A stretch of DNA of 19,893 nucleotides from Methanobacteriaceae archaeon (GTDB lineage: Archaea; Methanobacteriota; Methanobacteria; Methanobacteriales; Methanobacteriaceae): the NCBI GenBank assembly GCA_003558085.1, contig PWMT01000146.1, forward strand, positions 1 through 19,893, in the 5' to 3' direction. This document shows positions 19,262 to 19,893 of this stretch, piece by piece. Numbering within the stretch: position 1 is the stretch's first letter; each line of letters opens with the position of its first letter. The notes under the pieces were generated by a model, which was not told the origin of the DNA, searched no databases, and saw only the letters and a program-made list of their open reading frames with translations. The position numbers and the translations under genes are program-made.

Positions 19262-19893
19262 ACTAAAAACTATGAGAGGTTCATTTAAAATTATGGATAA
19301 AAGGAGAAGAGAAATTCTCCAAGATCCTCTTTTACATAAACTTCAAGAAAAGGTTAAGATCATCAGAAGAGAAGCTATGCAGAAAATTCCTGAATTAGTG
19401 AGTCTTGCCCAGAAAAATTTCCAGAAAAATGGTATTGAATTTTTATATGCCCATGACTCCCAGGAAGCCTTAAAATTTATTTATGAATTAATAGATAAGG
19501 AAAAAAAGGTGGCTAAATCTAAATCAAACACCCTTAATGAAATAGGACTCTCTGATTTTTTAAAAGATAATAAAATCCAACTGGTGGAAACAGATCTAGG
19601 AGATAGGATTCTGCAGTTAAATCCACATGATCAAACCCCTGCCCATCCTATTGGTCCTGCTTTACATTTAAATATTGAAAGAATTGCTGAAATTATCTCA
19701 AATTCCCTGGGAGTGGAAGTGGAAGCAGATCCTTATAGTATAATGGAACTAGTTAAAAAGGACGTGCTGCAAAAAGTGGAAAATTGTAAAATTGGAATTA
19801 CTGGTGCTAATTCAGTAGCAGCAGAAGACGGCTCTTTAGTTATGGTACATAATGAAGGAAATATTTCTCTAATATCACTAATGGATATTCATA
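19248..19893 (+). CDS. LUD-domain protein (LutB-like), 3' partial
   Basis: Not in the ORF track. The ATG at 19248 overlaps the upstream gene end. Manual translation gives MKVNELKTMRGSF...VAKSKSNTLNEIGL...VETDLGDRILQL...PAHPIGPALH...GITGANSVAAEDGSLVMVHNEGNI, open to the window end. Confidence 0.9.
   Translation, partial: MKVNELKTMRGSFKIMDKRRREILQDPLLHKLQEKVKIIRREAMQKIPELVSLAQKNFQKNGIEFLYAHDSQEALKFIYELIDKEKKVAKSKSNTLNEIGLSDFLKDNKIQLVETDLGDRILQLNPHDQTPAHPIGPALHLNIERIAEIISNSLGVEVEADPYSIMELVKKDVLQKVENCKIGITGANSVAAEDGSLVMVHNEGNISLISLMDIH

Overview
AT-rich chromosomal segment that looks like a pseudomurein-walled methanogen (Methanobacteriaceae), inferred from pseudomurein-binding repeats, archaeal riboflavin synthase, deoxyhypusine synthase and TATA/oligo-T signals. 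The accessory-looking left half carries two pseudomurein-binding-repeat (PMBR) proteins: one ends in an uncharacterised 7-Cys domain, and the other is secreted and has a BPL-N/class I glutamine-amidotransferase-like domain with a Cys-His-Glu triad. These are followed by mscS, a PEP-utilising enzyme that lacks the nucleotide-binding domain, a Nudix hydrolase, and a three-gene cassette of two CxxC-less CMD/AhpD paralogues plus an ABM-like protein. The right half is a housekeeping block: HTH-CBS regulator, deoxyhypusine synthase, membrane protein, pyrF, a lone cbiO, ribC, iron-sulfur flavoprotein, GT2, DUF2304, GT4, CCG protein and a LUD protein. It is interrupted by a full-length but decayed IS200/IS605 element (11205-12780). 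Its ends, TTAC target and empty site can be reconstructed to the base: it inserted inside the last sense codon of the host gene and supplies the new stop codon. All family assignments come from motif recognition by eye; no database searches were run.
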